Assembly: GCA_020052935.1 (NCBI GenBank)
Contig: JAGVOD010000108.1
Coordinates: 1-28,094, forward strand
Reading direction: 5' to 3'
Source of the DNA: an archaeon
Lineage (GTDB): Archaea > Nanobdellota > Nanobdellia > Woesearchaeales > UBA11576
Length of the DNA stretch: 28,094 nucleotides
This document shows, piece after piece, positions 14,412 through 26,400 of the stretch. The position numbers were made by a program, and so were the translations under genes. Under the pieces are notes generated by a model. The model did no database searches. It was not told the origin of the DNA and saw nothing but the letters and a program-made list of their open reading frames with translations. Numbering within the stretch: the first letter of the stretch is position 1; each line of letters opens with the position of its first letter.

Positions 14412-17400
14412 TGACACAATAAAGGAAAAGGAAGTAGCCATCGATAGCAGCAGCGCTGCCACGAGCACTCTCGACAGGCTGAACAAGGAAATCAGATCCG
14501 TGGCCAAGAAAGAAGAGAACAAGCTCATCGACATGCTCAAGATAACAGGACCTGCACTCGCAATAGCAGTAGTGCTACTGACAATAGGCCTGCTGGTCTT
14601 CAAGGCAGGTATAACCGGCCAGATCATAGGTGGAGGGGAATACACCACATACGTGCAGAGCATAAATGCGAACATAACAGAATCTCAGGAAAAAACCTGG
14701 GTACTGGATGCGCACCCAGAAGCATTCAACCTCAGGTCAGTAAAGATAAGCGGCCAGATGAAAGGAGAAGGCATCGCAAAAGCATACCTCATCGGCAGCA
14801 ACGGCCTCAAATACAAGATACTCGACGAGACAAAGATACAGGCAGAAGGGCTGGCGAAGATAACCGGCAGCGCAGTCAATGTGCCAGACACAGCAACACC
14901 ACCTGAAGACTCTGCTGGAAGATGGATAAAGACCTTGCTCAACTACCAGTCAGGCACCAGGTGGGACACAGACAACAACGGCATAGCCTACACCGAAGAC
15001 GGCGTCGTAGACCTGAGCGTCGCGCTGACAGAGTTCAACTGGCAGGCAGACGAAAGCAAGCTCTGCACCAAATGGGTAGTTTCATCGCAGGATAGCGGAA
15101 AAGACACCACTGTATGCAACGGCGCTGCGGACTGCTGCGGACTGGTCGGAGTTGCACCAGAGGAAGCTGCGTGGGACGAACCGCTCTATATATTCAACGG
15201 CAAATACTCTGCCACAGAGAACAACATAGTCAGGGCGCAGGTCATATTCCTCAACCAGAGCATCGGAGAAGAGACATACTTAGAGAGCACGACAGGCACT
15301 GCAGCAGAAAAGACAGTGAAGTTCATAGCGAAGCCAGTCATAGACTTCGAAGAAGTCTGCATAGACACATGCGCGCTGCCAGATGGATTAAGCAGCACAG
15401 AATACACGCTGGAGTTCGAGATAGGCGAAGGCGTGGAGATATACATAGAGAACATGACATACTCTTTAGAGGAGCTGGCAGCCCTACCTGAGAACACGAC
15501 CGCGACAGAAGAAGCCAACGTAACAGAAACAGCAAACATCACAACGAGCGATGCAGAGGGAGCCAACGTAAGCTACGAGAAGGTCAAGACAGACACCAAG
15601 TACGACGCGATAGTCGACGAGACGCTGTACGACAACTCCACAGACACCTTGATTGTGGTGTTCCACCACGACTCAGCGATACCGCTGCCCATATCAGTCA
15701 AAGGCAATGTTGAGTACACGCTCGACAGGCAGGAGAGCAGGGCAGGAGAGAACGTCACACTAACTGTCACGAACTGGAGCGATAATAGATTCAGGATAGT
15801 CGTAGGCGCGCACACAGAGGTGCTGGAGTTCGGAGAGGCCAGAAAAGTCAAGATACATCCTGAGATCAAGAACAGCAGAGGAGACAGCCAGAGGGCCAAG
15901 GTCAGGTTCGTAGACAACATACTTGATGAAACAGTTAAAGAGACCACAGAGAACGTCACCGAGACAACGATTGACGAAGGAGAATATGACCTAGAGATGA
16001 CGCTCGAGAACATGTCAGTCAAGACCATCAGGATAAATAGCGCCCAGATGTACGAAAACAGCACAGACTTCCTGAAAGTCGAGGACGTAGAGATAAACAA
16101 GATATCGGGAATCGACGCAGTCAAGTCATACGCCATAGACCCGACAGCGATAAACTTCACCAACGCGACAGTGACTGCGACTGCTACCGGAACTGCGCTG
16201 TACAAATGCAAGGAATGGAACTTCACGCTGCAGCAGTGCAACGGCACATGGACATTCCTGCAGAGCATAACGCCAGGGCAGGAGTATACGTTCACGCTGA
16301 CGCCTGAAGATCTGGGATTTGCAGAAGGAAGTCCATCAGCAGGAACACCTGATTACGGATGGATATATGATGTGAATGGCTATAATGAAGAATCCGGTAG
16401 TTATGCCAACACACAAGCAGACGACACAGCTTATTATGCAGCAGGAGAAATAAGTGCTGGTGAGTCGTTGGATTCATACATAAATCTAGAGTATAACATA
16501 ACCCAATTGAACATCTCTCCTTCACAGATAACCCGACTGCAATTCAACATAACTTATTGCCATGACGGTTCTAACTGGGCACCAGCAGCCTGCGACGGAG
16601 ATGCAGCAGAAGGAACTGTCAGCGGAGCCCAGAATGTAGAGATATACAATTGGACTTCCGGAGCCTGGACAGACATAGGAGACCTAAGGACAACTGACGG
16701 TGGCTTCACAATAACTGACAATTACAATGTAACATCAGGATTCAGCAATTATGTAAACTCAACCAACTGGATCAGAATAAGGTATGAAGCGGATTATGAT
16801 GATGGTGCTAGCCAGGATAGTTGGCTTGTTATTGACTATGCTCCTTTGACAGTTACGTACACAAATTCATCCAACTCTGTCCCGACACAAGGAACACCAA
16901 TACTCAACTCAACAACAGGAGCGAACACCACCAACGAGAACCTGACATGCTACAACCAGAGCACATACGACCCTAATGGCGACTCTGTCAAGAACATATT
17001 CAACTGGTACAAGAACTCAACAGCGATAGCCGTGCTGAACATGCCATTCGATGGCGGAAGCAACTCCACATACACGAAAGATTACTCAGGCAATAGCAAC
17101 AACGGAGCAGTCACTGGAGCCACATGGAGCAGTACCTCTGGCAGGGATGGAAAAGGAGCATACACATTCGATGGAGTCAACGACTATGTCAGCATCCCGA
17201 GCGCAGCATCCCTCAACCCGACCAGCATAACCGTGTCTGCCTGGGTAAAGACAAACAGCCTGCCCTCAACCTACCCGAGAATATTCTCGAAAGAGACGAC
17301 AACAACAGCCAACCCATACAGCATGTTCATAAGACAATCAGACAGTGTGCTGAGGTTCTGTATAGGTGACGGCTCGACAGAAGAGTGTGCAGGGACCTAC

Positions 17401-20400
17401 ATAACATCCACTGGAACCTGGCAGCATATAGTCGGCACATATGACGGCAGCACGATAAGGACATATGTCAATGGAAACCTGGATGACACCCGCGCATCCA
17501 CTATAGGCATACTCTCCAGGACAACCAACTTGCTCATAGGCAACAACCCGACCAATGCAAGGCAGTTCAACGGCACAATAGATGAGGTAAACATATACAA
17601 CAGGGCGTTGTCCGCAGCGCAGATACTCACACTATACCAGAACAGGACAGACAGGATAGTATCAAATGAGACCACTACAGGAGACGTCTGGAAGTGCGCA
17701 GTGACACCAAATGACGGGACTGTCGACGGGACGACGCTGGAATCTAACACGCTGACGATAGTGAATACGAGCAGCGGAGGCAATACCACGACAACAGCCA
17801 ACGTAACATCTACTGTCTCACAGAGCAGCGACGACGCAGAAGAGAAAACCGGAACCGGCGTCATGGACCTTGCAAGCACAGACCTCGAGCTGACTATGGA
17901 AGCGAGCGCCCAGGAAATAGGCATGAGATTCCAGAACATAAACCTCCCAAGAAGCGCAACAATAACCAACGCACATATAGAGTTCGAGATAGACGAATAC
18001 TACACAGACGCGACAAACCTCAACATATACGGCCAGGCATCAGACAATGCTGCGACCTTCTCCAGCACAGGATACGACATAACATCCAGGACGAAGACAG
18101 CAGCTTCAGTCGCGTGGAGCAGCGTATCCGCACCAGCAGTAGATGCCAAGCTGAGCACGCCGAACATCTCAGCCATAATCCAGGAGATAACCAGCAGGGC
18201 AGGATGGACTGCCAACAGCTCGCTCGTGATAATAATAAACGGAACAGGAAAGAGGACTGTGGAATCATACGATGGAGAGCCGACGGCAGCGCCGAAATTG
18301 AGGATAAACTACACAGCAGCGTCAAATACCGCACCCACGCAAGGAACGCCCTTGCTGATCTCCACGTACGGCACGAACTACACCACAGAGAACCTGACTT
18401 GCTACAACCAGTCGACATACGATGCGGATGGCGACCCTGTGAAGAGCATATTCAACTGGTACAAGAACTCAACAGCGATAGCCGTGCTGAACATGCCGTT
18501 CGAAGGAGGATCAAACGCGACTTACACCAAAGACTACAGCGGAAACAGCAATCATGGAACCGTGAGCGTAGCTACGTGGAGCAGCACCTCTGGCAGGGAT
18601 GGAAAAGGAGCATACACTTTCAACGGAAGCGCATACATAGACGCAGGAACCAGCAGCACGCTGCTGGTCGGAACACGGTTCACTCAGGAGGCTTGGATAT
18701 ACCTGACGATAACAGATGACGAGTATCACGGATTCCTAGGATATCAGCCCGCCAGCACAGAACAGAGGCCACCCTCCATCTGGGTATACCAGCGCACAAA
18801 GATACACGCAGGATTCGGCAACGGCACGACATGGGACGGATTCATAACAGGAGACATAATAACCAACAATGCATGGAACCACGTGGTCGTGACGTTCGAC
18901 GGAACCAATTATACCGTATATGTCAACGGCACTTCTAGATACAGCACAACATCCCACGCAGGAAGAGTGCCTTACGCGACGCACATCAGGAACATAGGAA
19001 GAGTTGATAACTACTTCAACGGCACCATAGATGAAGTTCGGGTGTACAACACCGCGCTCAACGCGTCACAAGTCTATTCACTGTACAGCTACGGCGCAGC
19101 AAGGATGACAAGCAGCCAGCTCACCACAGGAGATGTCTGGAAGTGCGCAGTCACGCCCAACGACGGGACTGTCGACGGGACGACGCTGGAATCTAACACG
19201 CTGACGATAAGGGCCGCGGCCGACACAACATCGCCAGGCACAATCAGCAGCCTTACTGAAAGAAGCACAGGAACGACGTGGGTATACTGGAACTGGACAA
19301 ACCCGACAGACAGCGACTTCGCGTCAGCGATAGTATACTTAAACGGGACTAACCTGGCAAACACGAGCAGTAACTACTACAACGCCACAGGACTCGCGTC
19401 ATCTACTACGTACCAGCTGACAGTCAGGACAAAAGACACAACAGGAAACGTCAACACGACAAACGTGTCCGACAACGCAGCGACACAAGACGGGACAGCA
19501 CCGCAGTACAGCAACATAAACGACCAGAACAACACCGCATACTCCACCTCGGGAAGCTACCAGTTCAACTGCACATGGACAGACAATGTCGCACTGAACC
19601 AGGTCAGGCTGGAGTTTGCCGGAACGAATTACACGCCGAGCAGCAGCGGAGACGAATATTATCACAGCATAAGCGGACTTGCAGCAGGCAACTACACATA
19701 CAAGTGGCACGCGAATGACTTTGTAGGCAATGCCAACCAGACCAGCACAAGGACGTTCACAATCAACAAGGCAGGCGTCGCGCTTACACTGACAGCAAGC
19801 CCTGCCTGGAACAATACATACGGAACACAGACATCAGTGAACTGCACTGCAAATACTTCAGTGACCACCCAGCTTTATAGGAACGGAACACAGACAAGCA
19901 AGCCAGACACGCAGACGTTGGCTGCAAGCGCCTATCTATACTTGTGCAACTTCACAGACACACAGAACCATACAGGAACAGCTCAGAACAGCACACTGAC
20001 AATAAATAAGGCAAGCTCATCGGTCACTTTGCTGCTGAACAGCACTGCTGGAAATATGAACACCACAATGCCTGCAACAATAAACATAACAGGCACCAAG
20101 ACAAGCGGCGACAGCGTTGCGATATACCTCTACAGGAACGGGACACCCATCAACTCAGGATTCTCGCCGCTGACCAATGTCTCGCTTTACAGCACAGCAG
20201 CATACTACAACATAACCGCGATATACCCTGAAAGCCAGAACTACACCTCATCAAGCGATACACACTGGCTGACCATAAGCGATACCACCTCCCCATCCAG
20301 CATATCCAACTTGGGAGAGAGCGGAGCAGGAGCCAACTGGATAAGATGGACCTGGACAAACCCGAGCGACGCAGACTTCAGCCAGGGAATAATATACCTG

Positions 20401-23400
20401 AACGGGACCAACATGGCGAATACCAGCAACAACAACTACAACGCAACAGGACTGAGCGGGTACACAAGCTACAGGCTCACAGTCCACACCAAGGACACCA
20501 CCGGCAACGTCAACAACACAGACGTGTCCGACAACGCAATGACGCTCGACACACTGCTACCGCAGTACAGCAACATACAAGACCAGAACAACACAGTATA
20601 CACATCCGGCGGGACGTACCAGTTCAACGCGACCTGGACAGACAACGTAGCAGTGAATGAAGTCAAGTTCGAGTTCAATGGCGTCAATTATACCAACCCG
20701 AGCGCAAACGGCAATGAATACTACATATCGATGAGCAACCTCGCTGCAGGAAGCTACACATACAGATGGCACGCGAACGACTTCCTCGGCAACTCGAACA
20801 GCACGCCAACGAGGACATTTGTCGTTGCGAAAGGGACTGCGACGCTCAGCCTATCAGCGACGCCAGGATGGAGCACGACCTACGGGATGCAGACAACGGT
20901 GAACTGCAGCGGAAACGCCGCGACGCAGCTCTACAGGAACGGCACGCTCGTATCGATACCGGACACCCAGACACTGGCGGCAGTCAGCCACCAGTACATA
21001 TGCAACGCCAGCGAGACGACCAACTACAGCGCGACATCAACAAACAACACGCTGACCATAAGCAAGGCAGCATCTTCACTCGAGCTGCTGTTGAACGGGA
21101 CAGACTCCGATATCATTATAGAAAAACTATCGAACGCAAACATCACCGGGACAAAGACAACCGGAGACAATGTCGCGATATACCTCTACAGGAACGGCAC
21201 GCTGATCAACTCAGGCATATCTCCACTGACAAACACGTCACAATACTCCTCTGTAGCGGCATACAACATCACAGTCACCTATACTGAGAGCCAGAACTAC
21301 ACAGCAAGCAGCCATACACACACCATATCCGTAAATGACACCACGCCGCCAGGCACTGTAAGCGGAATCGCAGAATCTAGCGCAGGAACAAGTTGGATCA
21401 CGTGGAACTGGACAAATCCTGCAGAAAGCGACTTCAGCCAGGTGATAATATACGTGAACGGGACCAATGTAGCCAATACAAGCAATAATTACTACAACGC
21501 CACAGGCCTCAACACGTATACGACATATGAGATAACGATCAACACCAAGGACACGTATGGCAATGTCAATACAAACAACGTCGCAGATACTGCAACGACA
21601 TTGGACAACACGCCTCCGACGTATTCTGGGCTCAATGACGAAAACGGCACAACATACGTGCCGATCAAGGATTACCAGTTCAACGCGACATGGACAGACA
21701 ACGTAGCAGTCGATGAAGTGAAGTTCGAATTCGACGGAGTCAACTATACCAACCCGAGCGTAACTGGCGATGAATACTACATCTCACTGAGCAACCTCGC
21801 AGCAGGAAGCCACACCTACAAGTGGCATGCGAGCGACACCGCAGGAAACTGGAACAACACTGGCACGATAAGCTTCACGATAGAGAAAGCAGCCACAGCA
21901 CTCAACATAACAGCAATACCTGGCTGGACAACAACATACGGAACACAGACGACAGTAGCCTGCTACGCAGACAACAATGAAGTGGTGGAACAGCTATACA
22001 GGAATGCAACGTCTGTAACAGCGCCAGACACCCAGACACTCGCAGGAGGAAGCTATAATTATACTTGCAGCGCGGCAGCGACGCAGAACTATTCATCGGC
22101 AGAGACCAGCGACACACTGACTGTCCAGAAGGCGACGCCAGAGATAACACTCGTGCTCAACGGAAGCGAAGAGAACATAACTATCGAGGTCGGCAGCTAC
22201 GTGAATGAGACCGGACTGCATGACCACACCTGCCTGCTCGAGATGTATGAATCAGCAATACTGGTGAAGTCAGGCAGCAGCCCGCTCACGCAACTGACGC
22301 AATACAACACCCTCGGAACATACAACGTCACATTGAGGCATCCGGAGACACAGAACTATACGAGCATCGAAGAGACACTGTGGGTGACTGTGCAGGACAC
22401 CACGGCGCCGACGGTCTCGCTCATCGCGCCAGCAGATAACGCGACAATAGGCGGCAGCACGCAGACATTCATGTTCAACTTCACAGACAACCATCACTCT
22501 ACTGCAGACTGCACGCTGTACATCAACGACACGCCCAGCGGGACGAACAGCAGCGCATCCGCGGGGACGACAATATCAATAACCAACAGCACCCTGGCTG
22601 AAGGAGAGAACAACTTGTATGTCAACTGCAGCGACGGATCCGGCAACACAGGACAGAGCGGGACAAGGACGCTGAATGTAGACAGGACGCCGCCAGACAT
22701 CGAGGAACTGATACCTGAGCAAGGAGATATCGTCGGCTATGTCACGCTGATAGACATACACTCCGCCGACTCCCTGGCAGGCGTGCACATAACCCGCTAC
22801 GAGATAAGGAACTCCTCGGGCAACGTGATAACGTCAGGGTCAAATACCACAGACGACCTGCATGAGAACTGGAACACCACAACATCCCCGGACGGGAACT
22901 ACACCATGACAGCGTACGTCAACGACACTGTCGGCAACACAGCCAATGCCTCAACAGAGTTCACGGTGAGCAACACCCTGCCGTACATACAGGTACTCGA
23001 GCCAGAGTATGACAACGAGAAGTTCAACTCGGACTTCAACCTCGACATCTGGTGCCAGGACAACAACATCGACACGTCGATGTACAACGTGACAGACAAC
23101 GTCGGAGGAGTGGTCCAGTCAGGCTTAGACGCATCCGCAAACATGACGAGCCACCACTTCACAGACCTCGTCAATGTATCATCAATCATTGACGGGAACT
23201 ACACGATAAACGTATACGCGAACGACACAACAGGCTACGTGACAACAAAGACCCGCACATTCATCATAGACAAGACCGCTCCTTCCTACTCTGCAATAGG
23301 CGAGCCTGCTGACCCAAGCACGTACTCTCCTTCGGCGAGCTACAACTTCAGCATAAACTGGACAGACAACAGGTCAGTAAGCTCGGTGGTGCTGGAATTC

Positions 23401-26400
23401 AACGGAACGAACTACACAAGCATAACGCAGTCAGGCAACAAGTATTCTAAAGCGTTGTCATCCCTTGCAGGAGGGATATATAACTACAGATGGCATGCGA
23501 GAGATGAAGTCGGAAACTGGAACAGCACTGCCCTGCTCAACTTCACCATAAATCCAGCAACAGCATCTTGCGTGCTAGCATTCGACAAGTCATCACCGCA
23601 GACCTACGGAACAGCGATAAAGGCGAACTGCAGCTGCTCAGGCGAGAGTGCATGGGCAACGCTATGGAGAGACCACACAAACGTGGATGGAACAGAGGAC
23701 AACCTGCTCGTGACATTGGCTGCAGGCAGCTATGCATACGAATGCAACAGGAGCACGAGCAACAACTACACAAGCGCGTCAGACTCTGGAACGTTTGTCA
23801 TCAACAAGGCTTTGACCTTGCTGAACATGACTGCAATACCTGGCTGGAGCGGCGCGACATACGGCACAGAGACCATAGTCAGCTGCAGCGCAAACAACAA
23901 CGAGGTCGTGGAACAAATATACAGACAAGGCACGGTCGTCTCGATACCAGACACGCAGACACTGGCCGCAGGAAACCACATATACACCTGCGAAGCAGCA
24001 GACACGCAGAACTACACCGGAGAGAGCTCTGGAGAGACACTGACGATAGGCAAGGCAAACTCTTCATTGACACTCACCCTCAACGGGACAGCCAACAACC
24101 TCACGATCGAAAGGATGACTGCAGCAGACATAACCGCGACAAGGATAATAGGAACTGGCTACGTAGAACTATACAGGAACGGCACCCTGCTAGGCAGCGG
24201 GACATCGGTCACGGACGTATCAACATACAACACCGCGACGATGTATAACATAACCGCAACATACAATGCGACGCAGAACCATTCATCCAGCAGGTCAACA
24301 CTGTGGCTCACGGTCAGCGATACCATACCGCCAGGCCCGATATCGAACCTGCTGCTGCTGAACAAGGGACAGAACTACCTCTACTGGGTATGGACCAACC
24401 CGACAGACGCAGACTTCCACCACACCAACGTCTACCTGGACGGAGTGTTCAAGACCAGCACATCAGCTGAATACTATTATGCGACAGGCCTGAACCACTC
24501 CACCAACTACACGCTGTCGCTCAGGACAGTCGACGCTTCAGGGACGCTGGGAAGCTGGGTGAATGACACACAGATGACCCAGTACAACTGCACAGAGAGC
24601 TGGGCTACACTATATACTACTTGCAGGAGCAACGACACTCGCACAAAATATTATAATGACACAACCGGCTGCGGAACGACACACTTCCTGCCTGCAGACA
24701 ACGGCACGATAACGACATGCGACTACATAATAAGTACAAAGTTCAACGGCAGCACGACGAATTTTACCAGGGACAGCCTCATAGACCTAAGTGGCGTAGT
24801 TCTAGATATAACATCTTATGGAAAGATAGAGTTCCTTGAGAGCATAACAATAGCAAGAAGCCTCGACCTCGACACATACGCAAACATAGGGCCCAACCAC
24901 GCGTCCATCAGCTCAACACCGCTTGGAGAGTTCAACAAGTCAGCAAGGATAACCATCTACAATGTGAATTTCACAGTGCTGAGAATAATGGCCGACGGAG
25001 AAGAGTGCAACAGCACAGTATGCACGCAGATGAACTACTCGAACGGCACATTCGTGTTCAACGTGACGCACTTCACCAACTACTCTGTAGAGGAAGGCCC
25101 GTACTGCGGCGATTCTTCCTGCAATGGAGGGGAGACATGCAACTCATGCACTGCTGACTGCGGAAGCTGCCCGCTCGGAGGCGGTGGAGGAGGCGGAGGC
25201 GGTGGAGGAGGCGGAGGCAGCGCCAGGGAAGAGAAGAAATGCGAGCCCAACTGGCTCTGCTACTCATGGAACCCTTGCGTGAATTACGTGCAGAACAGGA
25301 AATGCTTCGATACCAACGGCTGCGGCACAGAAGAAGGCATGCCTGAGCTCGAGAAGAGCTGCATACTCGGCTGCGCAGAAAGATGGGCCTGCGGAGACTG
25401 GGGCAAGTGCACAGAGGCAGGAGTCCAGACACGCACATGCAATGATTTGGCAAAGTGCGGTTCAGAATCAAGGAAACCGCTGACTGTCCAGCCATGCGAG
25501 TATGACTTCTGCAGCGACGACAAGCAGAACAACGGCGAACAAGGAATAGACTGCGGCGGAAGCTGCAGGGACTGCACAAGGGAAGAGCTGCAGGAGGCAG
25601 AGATGAAGAAGAACCTCCTCACAGGCGAAGCGATAACAGTCGCACCATACGAACAGCCCAACCCGTTCTACCTGATGCCGCTATTGCTGCTGCTCGTGGT
25701 CTTGATCGCAGTCATAGCGCTGCACAAAGCAGACATATCTGAAAAGATGAAGAAAGTGCTGACAGCACTGCACTTCCTGCTGATAATAGGCATACTTGTG
25801 ATGCTGCTGCTGACATTCAACATAGCTCAGCCCACAGGGGCAGCAGTGGTTGAATTCGTGGGTGAATCAGGTGCATCAGGCATCGCACTGACAGTCCTCG
25901 TCTCAGCACTGCTGCTAGGAGGCATGGCATACGTCGCGGTGAGCAGAGGCCTCGTCGACCTCGGAGATATGGAGCAGTACTACTCGAAGTCTAAATACTG
26001 GATAGGATACGCAGTCCAGAAGATAGAATGGTCAAAGAAGAAAAAGATCAGGACAAACATAGAGGTCGAGACGAGATACGAGACTCCGACGACGCAACCA
26101 CAGGCAGCTTTGAAGACACCAACCCTGCCATCAGAGAAGAAAACCGCAACAGCAGAGACTGCAGTAGCGACCGCAGTGACGACTGCGCGGCCGGATGGGA
26201 AGAGAATGACTGCTGCGGAGACAATAGCTCCGAAAGAGCAGATGATGTTCGGCAGCATAATGACAGAGATCAAAGACCTGAACTTGAAGATAGAGGAGCT
26301 GAAAAAGGAAGTCGTGAGTGTAGCACCGGCGAGGCCAGAAAGCGTCAAGGAAAAGAGACAGATAGAGGCCAAGAATGCAAAAGACCTCATGCCAAAGCCA

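Noticed and set aside
16873-19209. LamG duplicates considered as diversity-generating retroelement (DGR) template/variable repeats.
   Set aside because: No reverse transcriptase is in the window. The differences between conserved flanks are not adenine-specific, and the diverged cores are far too different for a TR/VR pair.
25177-25218. The Gly14-coding GGN repeat considered as an assembly artefact or non-coding microsatellite.
   Set aside because: It is in frame within a continuous ORF with clearly protein-like modules on both sides, so it is most simply a flexible linker. Its length could still vary, and that is checkable in reads.
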